Source: Stegostoma tigrinum
Lineage: Eukaryota
Length of the DNA stretch: 64,000 nt
Direction of reading: 5' to 3'
Assembly: GCF_030684315.1 (NCBI RefSeq)
Contig: NC_081369.1
Location: forward strand, 2,842,689 to 2,906,688
Each line of letters opens with the position of its first letter. Position 1 is the stretch's first letter. Shown here in pieces: positions 48,901-62,849 of this stretch. The notes beneath the pieces were generated by a model, which saw only the letters and a program-made list of their open reading frames with translations, was not told the origin of the DNA and did not search any database. The position numbers and the translations under genes were made by a program.

Positions 48901-51900
48901 ATCATTGTTTTCTTATGAGGTATTTCATTTATATATAAATTCAGGATATGATCTCAGAAGAGGTATGCTCAAGAGCATGGGGACAGTTAGCTGTAATATT
49001 AATATTTAAGTAAACATAGAACATAGGAGCACAAGAAGGCTATTCAGCCTTTCAAAGCTGCTCCATCATTCAATATAATCATCCAAGGTGGTATCCTGTT
49101 CCTGCTTTCTCCTGGTACCCTTTGGCTCCTTTAGCACAAGTAATTATATCTAAATCCTTCTTGAAAACATTAAATGTTTTTGTCTCAACCACTTTCTGTG
49201 GCAGAGAATTCCATAAGCTCACAACTTCCTGTGTGAAGAAATTTCTCATCATTGCAGGAATGTGTAATAGGACATTTGAAAAACCATACTTTTTGATGCA
49301 GTTACAAAGTTTCTGGAAGTGAATGTGTAAATAGAGAGGCAGCATTTTCCCCTTTATTTAAGGAAATAGGTGAATCAAATGAATAACTTATGCAAGTACA
49401 AAAGGTTTTGATGAGATCCCAGTTGCAAAATTGCACATGGTTTTGATTTCACTGTCCAATGTAGAATAGACCTTTGTTAGCGAAGATGGAATACCATGAT
49501 GCCAGTAAAGAGAAGACCATTTAATGGGTACAACCAAACAAAAATAGATCATGTGCTGGAAAATTATTATAGCCTTGGTTCAAACATGGACAAGAGAGCT
49601 GCATTCCAGAGCTAAGATAAGAGGGACAGCACTTGACACCAAAGCCACATTCCACTGAGGGTAGCATCAAGGAGGACGAGCAATACTGGAATTGCAAGGA
49701 GCAAGTTTTTGGTGATTGGCGTCATACATAGCACATAGGAAAATGGTTGTGATTGCTATAGTTCAATCATCTCAGCTCCAGGATATCTCATTATGAGTTC
49801 CTCAGGATTGCATCATCGGCCCAACTATCTTCAGCTGCTCATCAATGACCTCCCCTACATTATAAGGCTGGAGGGGGGCAAAATTGCCACTGATTGCAAA
49901 ATGCTCAGCACCATTCACAACTTTTCAAGTATCAAACCTGTCCATTTTCAAATGTAACAAGTTCTGGACAATATCCAGGCATGGGCTGACAAGTGGGAAG
50001 GAATGCTCGTGCCAGGCAAATGCCAGACATTCAATATCTCTATTAAGAGAAAATCTAACCATAACCCTTCACATTCAATGCTATTATCAACACTGAACCC
50101 TCCCCCACCCCTAGTATTAACATCACTGGAGTTAATATTGACCAGAGTCTCAGCTGGACTTGCCACATAAACACAATTGCTATGAGAGCAGGTAAGAAGC
50201 CTGGAATACTGTGGTGACTAACTTACCTCTTGATTCCCCAAAATCTGTCCACAACATACAAGGCACAAGTCAGGAGTTTGATGGAATACTCTCCAGTGGC
50301 CTGGAAAGGTGTAGCTCCAGAAACACCCAAGAAACTTTACACCATTCAAGGCAAAGTAGCCCACTTGATTGGCAGCACATCCACAAGCATCTATTCTCCT
50401 CACCGCAGACACTCAGTAGCACCAGTATGTACTATTGATAAAATGCAATGCAGAAATTCACAAAAGATTCTCGAAGAGTATCTTCCAAACCCAAGGCCAC
50501 TTCGATCTTGAAGGACAATGACAGTAGATAAATGGAAACACCACCACATGCAAGCTGTCCTCCAAGCCACTCACCATCCTGTAAATTGACCTTTGAGACA
50601 GAAGTGGTTTTGTGTTTCAAAGGTGAAATCTAAGGAGCTTTATTGGATTCTTACAGTGCATCTTGCGATGAATCACAATGACTTTGCGGAACATCAGTAC
50701 TGGATGGAGAATATACTTATGGGTTGCCAAACAAGTGGGTTAATTTGTTCTGGGGAAGGATATAGAGCTGTACTCATCCAGGCAACTGGCAGGCATTCCA
50801 TCACACTCTTAACTTGTGCCTTGTAGAAGATGAATGGTCTTTGTAGAGACAAGAGGTGAGTTACTCGCTAAAGACTCCTGGTGTATTAAAATGGATAGTC
50901 CAGTTCAGTTTCTGGTCAATGGTAGATCCCAGGGTGTCTCTCATGAGGGATTCAGTGATGGAAATGACAATAAATCATGAGACAATGGTTACATTGTTAG
51001 TGACTGGAAATAGCCATTACATGGCATTTGTGTTGTGCAAAGTTTCTTCCTATTTATTCATTCAAAGTGGATGTTGCAGAGATCTTGCTGAATTCAGATA
51101 TAGACTGCTTCAATACCTGAGCAATGAATGGTTAAAAAAAATGCACTGAGTTCATGACTGAATGCCCTCAATTCTCATTTTATGACAGAGGATAGATCAT
51201 TAATGATACAGGTATAGAAGATTGGGCCTAGGACACTGCCCTGAGGATCTGCTGCAGAATGCAGGATGAGAGTGGGGAATGACTGACATTCGACCACCAC
51301 AACCATCTTACTTTGTGCCATGTGCATCTCCAATCAATGGAGAGCTATCCCACTGATTCCCATTGATTCCATGTTTGCTAAGGGATCTGGATGCAACTTT
51401 TAATCAAATGTAGCCTTGATGTCAAGTGCTATGACTCTCACCTCAGCTCTGCAATTCGCCTCTGTTGTACATGTTTGGCTGTACCAACGCTGTAATGTAG
51501 TCAGTTGCTGAATGCCCTTCGGCAAACTGAGTATCACTCAGCAGGTCATTGCTCAACTGGTGGAAGATGAGAACATTGTTGTTGACACCTTCCATCACTT
51601 CACTGCTGGTCAAATCTATGCATGGGACAATAATTGATCGGGTTGGATTTGTCCTGCTTTTGGTGTATGAAATTACCTGGGCAATTTTCCATGTTGTCAG
51701 GTATTTATAGCTGTTCTGGAACAGCTTGGCTAAGGGTGTGTCAATTTTTGTAACACCAGTTGTCAGAATGTTAGAATGTTGTTAGGGCCTATATCCTTGT
51801 TTCCTGATATCACATGGAGGGCTGTCTCTCATCTGTGATGGTGGGGACCTCTAGAGGAGGCTGAGATGGATCACGTATGAGGCACTTCTGATGAAGGCTG

Positions 51901-54169
51901 CAGCATATCCTTCTGCCTTATCGTTTACACTGATGTACCAGGCTGCTTCACCATTGACAATGAAGATAGCTGTGGGACGCCCTCCTCCTGTGAGTGAGTT
52001 GTTTAATTGTCCACACTGGTCTCAGGGGAGGGAATGGCCTAGTGGTATTGTCACTGAATTGTTAACCCAGAGACCTAGGGTAATGTTCTGGGGATCGGAG
52101 TTTAAATCCTGCCATTGCAAATGATGGAGTTTGAATCCAGAAATATCTAATGATGGCCATGAATCCATTATCAATTGTTGGAAAAACCATCTGGTTCACT
52201 CATGTCTTTTAGAGAAGGAAACTGCCATCCTTACCTGGACTGGCCTACATGTGACTCCAGAGCCACAGCAATGTCATTGGCTCACCGCTGCCCTCTGGGC
52301 AATTGGGGATGGGCAATAAATGCTGGCCTATCCAGCAACACCCTTATCCGGCGAATGAGTAAATAAGAAATAACGAACCACAATCATGACTGGATGATGC
52401 ACGACTGCAGAGCTTACATCTGATCCATTTGCTGTGAGACTGCTTAGCTCTGTCAATCACTTGCTCCTTATCCTGTTTGGCATGCAAATTGTCCTGTTTG
52501 GTAACGTCACCAGCTTGATACCTCATTTTTACATGTGCCTGGTGCTGCGCCCAGCATGAGGTTAATTTCCCTGGATTTTAAAGAGAACGATGCCTTTTTA
52601 ACTTAATTGGTATTTGACTGTTCTGATCAGTAAACGTCATCACAGCGAGGAAATTTTGTGAATTTTGAAGATGACTTTGAAAGCTGTTGGAACTTTTGTG
52701 GACATGGAATGTATAACAGAAGATAACTGAAAACTTGCCAAAGCTAAACTGCAAAAGATTGTCAATAAATTACAGATGGAAGTCCAAGGAGGGTCATGAA
52801 ATGATGCAGAATTCAAATTATAATCCAATATGTCCAACTGAAAAAGGGAAACTAGAAATTGTGGTGTCATAACTGGAAATAACTAAGCTACAACTACAAG
52901 TGAAAGAAGATTTAATAGAGAAAGTCAAGGCAAAATGTAAGGACATGAATTAGAAGAAAAAGCAAGGAAAATGAGTAGAAAGATAGCGTGGATAATGAGC
53001 AGTGAGTAAAAGAACAATGGGAGTAATGCAAATGTGCATCGATGAACAAAACTTGAAAGTAAAGAGACTAAAAAGCAGAGAAAGATGAAATATTAAATAA
53101 AAACTGACCTCCATAGGAATAGAAACCATAAGATTTAGAGAAGAAGGCATGGTGGCTCAAAGGTTAGCACTCCTCCTCACAGCGCTAGGGACCTAGGTGT
53201 GATTTCAAGCCTCAGATGTCTGTCTGTGTGGAGTTTGCACTTTCTCCGCATGCCTGTGTTGGTTTTTGTCAGGTGCTCCATTTTCCTACCACATTTCAAA
53301 GATGTGTGTGTATTAACCGTGACCAGGATTGTGCAGGCTAGGTGGGTGAAACAAGGTTAATTGTGGTGTCATGGATATACTGTAGGAATATAGGTGGGAT
53401 TCTCTTTGAAGAGTCTGTGCAGACTCAATGGGGCTAATAGCCTCTCTCTGCACTGTAGGAATTCTATGATTCTAATGCCTTTGGCCCAACAAATCTGCTT
53501 ACCATTCAATGGAATTGCTATGGACCAGACCTGACCCCCTCAAACTATTTTAAGTAGGTAGCCTAGACCCTAACTTTTTCTGATGCGAACTGGGTGTTCC
53601 AGATGTGGTGCAACTGGTCAAAACACTTGGCTTTAAGCAAAACAGTTGAAACATGAACAAAAGAAAGTGGAATTTAGAGTAACTTTATTATTGGGAAAAA
53701 AAATCTAACTGACCTGAAATAGCAATTTAACTAAATAACTATTCCAACATCATCACATTCCATAAACATACCAGGCCGGGAAAATTGTTTTTGAATTTTG
53801 GCTTGTGTTTTTCTTAGCCCTAAATGACCTCCGGCTGGTAATTCATGCGCTACCCACAGCACCTACTTTCTATAACCCAGTGATAATACAACTTGATGAA
53901 CTTTTGCTCATTTCTCATCTACCTGAATATGTGATAGTCTCCATTTGCGCATCAAGACATCATTTTTAATATAGTAACATTTTTGGAATACAGTCAAATT
54001 CTTCCTCTGTGCATGCTTTTTGATACAATTGCTTCAGTTTTTCATCTTCAGTTAACAATTTGTGGTCTGGTTTCAATGTACATTTGTTCGTTGATGGTTA
54101 CATGTTGTCTTGTGCAATATTTGTGTTTTCATTCCCTGTAGCTTGAGATCAGGAATGCTTTGAATTTAG

Positions 54170-55600
54170 GGATAACACAGTGGGCCAGGCAGCATCAGAG
54201 GAGCAGGAAAGTTGATGTTTCAGTTGAACCCTTCTTCAGAATGGGGGAGGGGGAATGGGATTCTGAAATAAATAGGGAGAGGAGGGGCGGGGCTGGTGCA
54301 GGTAGGTGGGATGGTGATAGGTGAGGACAGATAGGGAGTGGTGGGGATTGGTCAGTCAGGTGAGAGGAGTGGATAGGTGGGAGAGAAGACAGACATGTCA
54401 TCCAGGGAGTGGGAGGGTGAGTTGAAATGGTTTGCGACTTGAACGTGTTGCTGTTTGTCATGAACAGAGCACAGGCACACCACAAAGCAGTCTCTGAGCG
54501 TCTGCTTGGTCTCACCAATGAAGGGGAGGCCACATTGGGAGCAGCGGACACAAGAGGCCATATTGGCAATGTGTGGGTGAATATCCATCTGATGTGGAAG
54601 GTTGTTTTAATTCCTTGAATGGAGGTGAGGGAGGGTGTAGGAGCTGGCGTAGCACTCCCTGCAGTTGAAGGGAAAGCTGCCTAGCTTGGTGGGGCTAGTG
54701 GGGAGTGTGGAGTGGATGGAGGAGTCACGGAGAGGCCGTTTCCTCTGAAAAGCAGATAGGGGTGGGGAGGGAAAAAATGCCCTTGAATGTGGGGTCAGAT
54801 TTCAGGTGGTGGAAGTGGCAGAGAATGATATGTTGAATATGGAGATTGGTGGGGAGATGCTACACCTGCCCCTACACCTCCAAACTCACCCCCATCCCAG
54901 GCCCCACTAAAACCTTCCACATCAAACAGATGTTCGCCTGCACATCCACTAAAGTGGTCTATTGTATCTACTTCTCCTGATGTGGCCTCCTCTTCATCAG
55001 TGAGACCAAGTGAAGGCTCAGAGACCACTTTGTGGAGCACTGACGCTTGGTTTGCGACAAAAGACAACACCTCCCAGTCGCGAATCACTTCAACTCCCCC
55101 TCCCAATCCCAGGACAGCATGTCCATCCTGGGCCTCCTCCAGTGTCACAACGATGCCACCCGGAAATTGGAGGAATAGCACCTCATATTCCACCATGGAA
55201 GCCTACAACCCAATGGTCTCAAAGTGGATTTTACTAGCTTCAGAATTTCCCCACCTCCTGCTTCATCCCAAGACCAGCATCCCCTCTCTTCCCAGCCTCA
55301 TTGATCCGTCCGTCTTCCCTCTCACCTATCGGCTGCTCCCACCTCACTCACCAATCCCCAACACTACATACCTACACTCACTTTTACTAGCTTCCTGCCC
55401 ACCTCCTTGACCTGTCAGTCTTCTCTCCACCTATCCACTCCACTGTCCACCTTCTATCCCCGTCGCCCCTTCTTTTTTTTCAGAACCCCCTTCCTCTCTC
55501 CCATTTCTGAGTAAGGCTCCCCACCCAAAACGTCAAATTGCCTGCTTCTCTGAAGCTGCCGACCTGCTGTGTTCTTCCAGATCCACACTGCGTTATCTCC
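54170..55600. mobile_element. Inverted pair of Penelope-like GIY-YIG fragments
   Basis: Minus strand VRCSQCGLPFIGETKQTLRD...VANHFNSPSHS (54195-54790) and a plus-strand copy of the same region (54850-55600). Confidence 0.8.
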
Positions 55601-56789
55601 TATTTAATCTACTCTGTTCCTGATTTCTAGATGGAAGACGCCATCCCTTATTCTACCTGTATCTTGGGAATCAGGACTTCTAACTTATTTCCCTCTCCAT
55701 TCAGGATGCACTGTAGCCGTTTCGTGAAACTCCTTGCGTGACAATATCAATGTCAGAATTCATGGAATGAGAGGATCGGCAATGACTCTGGAAGAAATTG
55801 TTTCCTGAGATGAAAAAAAAACAAGAAGAAACTGTTCCAAGTGAATTAAATGTAACATATGCAAATAATTAATTCCCAGGGAGTGAGGAGGTAACTCTTC
55901 TTGTAATCCTTCTGCCTCGTGACAAATGGGCAATTAAGAGTGCCTGCAGACAAAAATATCCCGAGTTAAAGGGATTTATTTCACATACACAGCTAACACT
56001 GAATGTCACAAGGATTAAAAAAAAAGGATCATCAATAACATCACACCATGAACTTGAAAGTCAGGAAATAACGCAAGGATTCAAATCCAGGATTCTTCCG
56101 CAGCAGAACTTCGAAGCACAACACCACACCAGGATCAAAGCCCCGATATTCACAGACAGATACAGTTGTTTGGAATTAAAGATAAATGCCATCCTTAATT
56201 GAGGAATAGCCAAGTTAGGTTCTGAGACTTAGCTTCGTCACTTGTGGGGTCTCAGTTTGGTCGCTGCAAGCAATTAACGTTTAAATTATTGTTTCAGTAT
56301 ACGATTGAGTTTTTTTTTCGAACAGTCGGATCAAAAGGATCTCGTGGTAATTTACATACACCACCTGTTTCCGGAGTCACATCTAGGGCTGCAGAAACGC
56401 TTGTCTTCACAGAATCACTACAGTATGGAAGCAGGTCATTCGGCCCATCAAGTCCACCGACTCTTCCAAGGGCATCCCACCCAGATCCACAACGCTGCAT
56501 TTCACATGGCTAATCCACCTAACCTACATATTCTTGTTACATTGTGGACAATTTAGCACGGCCAGGCCACGTAACCTGCACATGTTTAGACTGTAGGAGG
56601 CAACCGGAGCACCCGGAGGAAACTTACGCAGGCAGGGGGAGAATATGTGAACATAAACCAGGCAGCTCAAGGCTGGAACTGAACTCGGGTCCCTGGCGCT
56701 GTCTTGCTCCTCCCTATTCCTGAGACACCATCACTGCTGTGGACTTTGCCATTGCTGCACTCGCTGTCTCTTTCACTGTCATCGTTTTC

Positions 56790-57110
56790 CAACACAGGGA
56801 AAAAAAAATTAGAGTAAAATGGTCTCTGGGGCTATCCTGTCTACCTCGCTTCTTTTCCTGGTGGTCCTCCACTCACAACCTGCCTGCAGCATAACTACTT
56901 CAGAAAACATTCTGTCACCAAGGTTATTTAGCTTCGTGGTCGATCCTCTGTGCCTCCAGAAACCAAGTCTTGAGGCTCGGCACTTGAGCTGTTTGAACGG
57001 GCAGCACTTCCCTGCAGACGTGGATATCCAGGCTGGCAGAAACACAATCACAGATTCCCACGCATGCTGCAAGACAGTGCAACACATTGCCTTGGGCTCC
57101 CCTGCTGTGC
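56790..57110 (-). mobile_element. CR1 ORF1-like fragment
   Basis: Cys-rich start (MCC...WE...GKC) and EWRTTRKR...APETI, resembling the CR1 ORF1 zinc finger/linker. Confidence 0.5.
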
Positions 57111-58066
57111 TCAGTTGAATTCGGCGAACTTTACCGTAGCAATTATTTTTCTGGGAACTGGGATGCAGATAGTCGAAGGTGTAGCAATATTTCTTGAGAT
57201 TGGATAATTAGTCCAGTTTGCTAAGTGAGGTTCAAATTCTGGAGATGAAACTTTTTTTTGCGGGAGAGCAAGGGGAAAGGGGAGAGAGAGAGAGAGAGAA
57301 AGAAAAAATTGGGAACATACCTTCCAGCTGCTCAGCTTCGGAACTGGTCTTCTCATGTTGTGAAGACATAAGCATCAATGTGTGTAAAACCCTGAGTATC
57401 TGACAGACTGCTTTCAGTTTATGTTTATTGGTCTGAAAGGCGAAGATCAGGCTAATAAACGACACCATTGTGTATAGGCACCCAGTTTCCCACTCATTGC
57501 CTTCACCATTCAGGGGCCAATTGGTTCAGGGAGCCTTTGAAAGGACTCAACCTGTCTATTGTCACATTTACACCAGTGCATTTATAAACAATCGGTGAAA
57601 TTTACAATACGACTTTTTAAGTGTCCTGTACAATGCGCGATATTACATTTGATATCAATGTGTAGATATTTTTGACATTCTTTGATTGTTGTCACTTCCG
57701 AGGAACCAATGCTTGAATTTAGTCGCTTCAGTTAACTTGCGGTTGGGGACATTGCAGCACGCCTAATTATCATCAATAATTTCCACCAGCAGCATTGCGC
57801 TGCAGTGCTTGCAGTTAATTTGGAGTGGGGTGACTAAGGTTATCAACTTAATGCAGCATGTTAGCTCTTGATCTGTTCAATTACCTTTCGGACTTTATTT
57901 ACGTAGATATGTACATATAAGATTTTCAGATCAGTAGAACAGGAATATATTCAATGTTTACTGTAGTGTCCGATTACCTCTAGTTACATTTCAAAAGAAC
58001 GGTTTTCTATTTACTCCAGCGAAATTATCTCTGTTGATAATCCCCACCTGTACTTACTTGTGATAG

Positions 58067-58519
58067 CTTGAGACACTCTAACCCGTTCCTCCGTGCAGCA
58101 GGTCCCAAAACGTGTGACTGGAGTGAAAGGCGAAAACATTTTCACTAATTGCTCAGAGATAGCAAGAACTACAGACGTGGGAGTCAGAGATAACACAGTT
58201 ATGGAGCTGGAGGAACACAGCAGGCCAGAAGGGTCCAGACCCGAAACGTCAACTTTCCTGCTCCTCTGATGCTGCTTGGCCTGCTGTGTTCCTCCATTAG
58301 TCGCTCTGCGTCTTTTCTCATTCCCACTGAAATAGTGGAAGGGCAACTTTTGATACGACTGCAGAGAGAAAACTAAAATAGCGGTGCGTTTTCTTCAAGG
58401 GTCCTCCAAGTTGTATCCGATCAGTGTGAGATTCCAAGTTCGCGGGGTTTATTACTGCGGCGTGAGAGAAGGGGCAGGGATGATGTCCAATGGCAGTGGG
58501 GCAGAGCTCAGGGTAAACG
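58067..58519 (+). pseudogene. Gene C, disrupted Ig V exon with a J-like GxG G-strand
   Basis: 5' part SVQQVPKRVTGVKGENIFTNCS, 3' part GVYYCGVREGAGMMSNGSGAELRVN, donor G|GTGAGT; in-frame TGA at 58069-58071, a further stop, and a repeat insertion at ~58156-58296. Confidence 0.78.
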
Positions 58520-59957
58520 GTGAGTGATACTGAGGGAGTGAAGGGCCTTCTGAAATTAGTCAGTGAACAAGCAAATAAAAATAACTGAATTTCTTCAGTG
58601 CTGGTTTATGGTTCTACTATCGAATGCTTTCTGGTGAAATCGCCATATTATTTGCAGGACTGTTGGTATTTGAATACTAGACTTTAGCCAATTATTTCCT
58701 TCTTACGGATTATGTGGGTGTTCCGAAACATTCCTTACTTTAAAAAATACTAAGAGTAAAGCCTGTATTGCCACTATTGGTTACTTACCCCAAATTCCCT
58801 TGAGAGGATGTTCTTCCTCCACTTCCTGGAGCCGCTGTCATGCCTAATGCTAAGGCGATTGACATTTTAATCCTACAGCATTTAACAACACGCAATGCAT
58901 TTCGAAGGCATAATGGTGCCTGAGTTGCTCGGGTATTGGAGGTCCTGGTCTGCCCATTAGGATGTAGTCCTTGTGTTTAGGGATTTTATGGTTGACACAA
59001 AAGGCTAGGGACTGTTGAGGTGCAGTGGTAATGACCTTACCATTGAGTAAGGCAGCCTGAATTCAAGTTTCACTTGCTCCAAACATGCAGAATAATGCCC
59101 CTGTTCAAGTTAATTCAGCAATCTTAATGCACAAGGCACCTTGGTGAGGGGAGGCCCACTGCCACCTCACAACACCAAGGACCTAGGTTCAATTCCAGCC
59201 TGGAACGGTGGTCTGTATGGAGTTGCACATCCTCCCCGTGCAAGTGTGGGTTTGTTCCAGGTACTGTGAATGTCTCCCACAATTGAAATATTTGCACGTT
59301 AGGTAGATTGGCCATAGTTCCCAGGGATGTGCACACTAGCTGAATTAGCTATGGCAAATGTAGTGTTACAGAGATAAGGCAGGTCTGGATGGGATGCTGT
59401 TTGGAGGGTTGGTGTGGACTCTATGGGCTAAATGGCCTGTTCCCATACTGTAGGGAGTCTAAGGCAGAATGGATTTTGCAGTTGGCACAGACATGTGTAT
59501 AAGGTGAAGCAAGTGACTGTTAAATTGGTAATTATATAAATTATGTTCTTTTTCTCGAAATGCTGCCTGGAATTACAACTAATCTCCCACAGATAACTGT
59601 AGAGCTTTCTATCAGATTCTCCCTTTGGGTTTTATTCCAATTCTCTTTCAAATGTTTCCACTGAAACATCTTTGCTGCTTTTAGAAAAGAGATTCCAAGA
59701 TGTGACATGCTGTATAAGCAAAGTTTCCCCATTCCCTTTCCAAATGTTACCTATTTGTCTGCCAATCATACTAAATCTACGTCCTTGGATAAGCAACAAT
59801 TCCACAACTGTAACTATTCCTTTTCTTTACCGTAACTAAGTGCTGATTTTGAGCAGCTATATCAATTTGCCTCAATCATTGCAGCACCATAAAGAGTGTT
59901 GCTAGCTTCTCCACTAATTTCACACAATGAAAATCCAATGCCCTTGGTGTCATTCTG

Positions 59958-59960
<3 letters not shown>

Positions 59961-59998
<38 letters not shown>
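59961..59998 (+). repeat. (TA)19 microsatellite
   Basis: Directly visible. Confidence 0.97.
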
Positions 59999-60001
<3 letters not shown>

Positions 60002-60646
60002 ACAAATATATTGTGAGGACATTCAGATTCCATAATCTAATCATCCTGAACCCCACTTGGATCTCCATTATTCTTGCGAATGAAATGCACCCCTTTAATT
60101 TACAATTTTATTCACCAAGTCTGTTGCAGTTTTACAAGACGCCAGTGCTTTTGATTATCTCATAATTGGTACAAAGAGGCTCCATATATTCCAAGACACA
60201 TCATTCCTGTGTATCTTTAACAACAAATGCTCCTCATAAAGAGAAGTGCCATTGATGGCTCTCAAAAGTGCCTGAATGCCTCTCTAGCTTATAGATACAT
60301 GAAGAGAGACAGGCAGAAGTGATGAGTCATATTAAGCCCCACAAATATATTCACAAAATCCAGCATGGGCAAAACTTACTTCATAGAACATAAATATTAA
60401 TAATGTTAAACATGATCATTATGTTGATAAATGCTAAAATGATCAGAAAAGGTAATTGTGTGTGCTTTAATCCATGTTTGCTCAGGTAACACTGCAATAG
60501 AACCTCAGGATAAATAGAAAGTCTATAAGCTCAATGAGAGGCGATGGGTTTGATTTATCAGTGTGGCCTATTATCACTTGTTTTTTTCTTGTTTACCATC
60601 ATTTCTGCTTTAAATGCTTATGTTCCACATTCTCTGTCAACTTTAG

Positions 60647-60760
60647 GTAAAGAAGAAAGTGTCTTCCTGTATACCTTAGTGTCTAGCTGCATAGCAGGAG
60701 GTTTTATAATTTTAGCTCTGGCAATTTTTGTCAGGCGATGCAAAGTAGAGAGATCTCATG
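60647..60760 (+). CDS. Gene C, transmembrane exon (probably part of the pseudogene)
   Basis: CTTTAG| ... G|GTAATA, phase 1-1; 114 nt, the same length as the A and B TM exons; GKEESVFLYTLVSSCIAGGFIILALAIFVRRCKVERSH. Confidence 0.7.
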
Positions 60761-61149
60761 GTAATACTGTGGGAGTTAGAGAGGGTAGGTTATTGTATCA
60801 ACTGGGATCTGGATTTTGAGATTGCAGGCCACTGTACAGAGATAGTTTGTCCTACTGGTGGTTGAGGCTTGTAAAGAAGAAAGAAACTAAAATGTACCAG
60901 GCAGATCAGGAAAACTTCAACAAACAATAACTGTATTGAGAGGTTTTTTAAAGATAACTGGAGATGAGAAGTTGAACCGAATATGCTAAATGTGTCTTAG
61001 GCTGAATTGAATAAAGAAGGCACAGAAACCATGAATCAGGAGTACAAGCTAAAAGTAAGTACATCAAGACAGCAATATTTTCAACCAGTCAATGGATCAG
61101 ACAGCATCAGTGGAGATTAAGGCAAGGGTAATACTTCAGGCCGTGAACA

Positions 61150-62085
61150 CAGCAGGTATGCTTAGTAAGCTGGCAGATGACACCAAAATTGGAGATGCAG
61201 TGGACAGCGGAGAATGTTACTTCAGAGTACAATGGGATCTTGATCAAATGGGCCAGTGGTACGAGGAGTGGCAGATGGAGTTTAATTTAGATAAACGTGA
61301 TGTATTGCACATTGGAAAGGCAAATCAGGGCAGGATTTATACACATAATGATAAGGACTTAATGGGGAGTGTTGCTGGACAAAGAGACCTTGGAGTGCAG
61401 GCTCGTAGTTCCTTGCCAGTTGAGTCACAGGTAGACAGGATAGTGAAGAAGGAGTTTGGTGTGCTTGCCTTCATTGGTCAGTGCATTGAGTATAAGAGTT
61501 GGGTGGTCATATGATGGCGGTGCAGACCATTGGTTAGGCCACTTTTGGAATATTGCATGCATTTCTGGTCTTCCTGCCAAAGGAAACTTGAAAGGGTTCA
61601 GAAAATATTTACAATGATGTTGCCGGGGTTGGAGGGCTTGAGCTATAGGGAAAGGCTGAATAGACTATGGCTATTTTCCCTGGAGAATCGGAGGCTAAAG
61701 GTTGACCTTATAGAGGTTTAAAAGATCATGAGGGGCATGGATACAGTAAAGAGACAGCTTCTTTTCCCAAGGGTGGGGATTCCAAAACTAGAGGGCATAG
61801 ATTTAAGGAAAAAGGGAAAGACTTAAAAGGGACCTAAGGGAAAACCTTTTCATACAGAGGGTGGTGCATGTATGGAATGAGCTGTCAGATGAAGGGATGG
61901 AGGCTGGTACAATTACAACATTTAAAAGGCATCTAGATGGTTATACGAATAGAAAGGGTTTGGAAGGATATAGGTCAAATGCTGGCAAATAGGAGTATAT
62001 TTATTTATGATATCTGGTCGGCATGGGAGGGTTGGACAGAAGGGTCTGTTTCTGTGCTGTATATCTTTTAGACTCTTTGACTCTA
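61150..62085 (+). mobile_element. CR1 LINE 3' fragment
   Basis: KLADDTKIG, WQMEFNLDK, VRPLLEYC, LERVQK. Confidence 0.9.
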
Positions 62086-62849
62086 TAACACAGACATTAA
62101 CTCTCTTTTTATTTCCATAAAAAAGTCTGACCTGCTTTGTTTCAGTAATAAAAATAATAGTCCTGCCTGCTAATGTCTGAACATCTTTTGAGTGTTGGCT
62201 GTTGCTGCTCTGTACCAGCAATTTAACTCCATGTGTTAGTTCAGAGCTTTAACAGAAAAAATGTACCTTCTGAATTAAGCAAACTCAGAACTTGAATGTC
62301 CACTAAGCTGGGAGTGGACATGCGCCAATCCATATCCCATTTGGTCAGGATGTGAAAAGGAACTATGAATTCGAATTAGCATTCAAATAGATGACACCAG
62401 CTCAAAGTTAGTGGTCTCCATTGTCCTCAGCAGAAACTTACTAATCAGCCAACGTCATTTAAGGTGGAAAAACAGAAATTGCTGGAAAAATTCAGCAGGT
62501 CTGGCAACATCTGACAGGAAATGGAGTTAGTGTTTCGGGCCAAGTGACCCTTCTTTAGAACTTTACAGAACTTCAGAAGGGTCACTGGACCTGAAACTTT
62601 AACTCTGTTTTCTTACCACAGATACTGCCAGCCCTGCTGATGTTTTCTTGCAATTTCTTGTTTTGTTTCTGATTTGCAGCATCAGCAGTTCTTTCATTTT
62701 CATTTAATTTAATGACATTCAAGGCCGTGATGTGTTGTGTTTGTTCACCCCAAATATGCTTTGTGCTGTTATTTTCCTTAAACAGTTTTGGTTTGGTGTC
62801 AATTTGGTAAGTAACTAATATTCCTCACAAATTCTTCTCAGATCATTCA

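Larger units (their letters stand above)
34795..53510 (+). repeat. Tandem segmental duplicate of ~1-27000 (receptor gene unit)
   Basis: Colinear similarity of exons, introns, provirus, 3' UTR and old repeats (e.g. 17950~48535, 18240-19320~49500-50580, 26330-27000~52850-53510); V-to-V spacing 34,794 nt. Confidence 0.9.

Noticed and set aside
56819-57118. ORF with a signal-peptide-like start (MVSGAILSTSLLFLVVLHSQPACS) as the leader of gene C
   Set aside because: The opposite strand resembles a CR1 ORF1 fragment, and I found no suitable phase-1 donor after the hydrophobic stretch.
61026-61055. Possible cytoplasmic mini-exon of gene C ending at GTAAGT
   Set aside because: The acceptor lacks a polypyrimidine tract and there is no similarity to the A or B tail exons.
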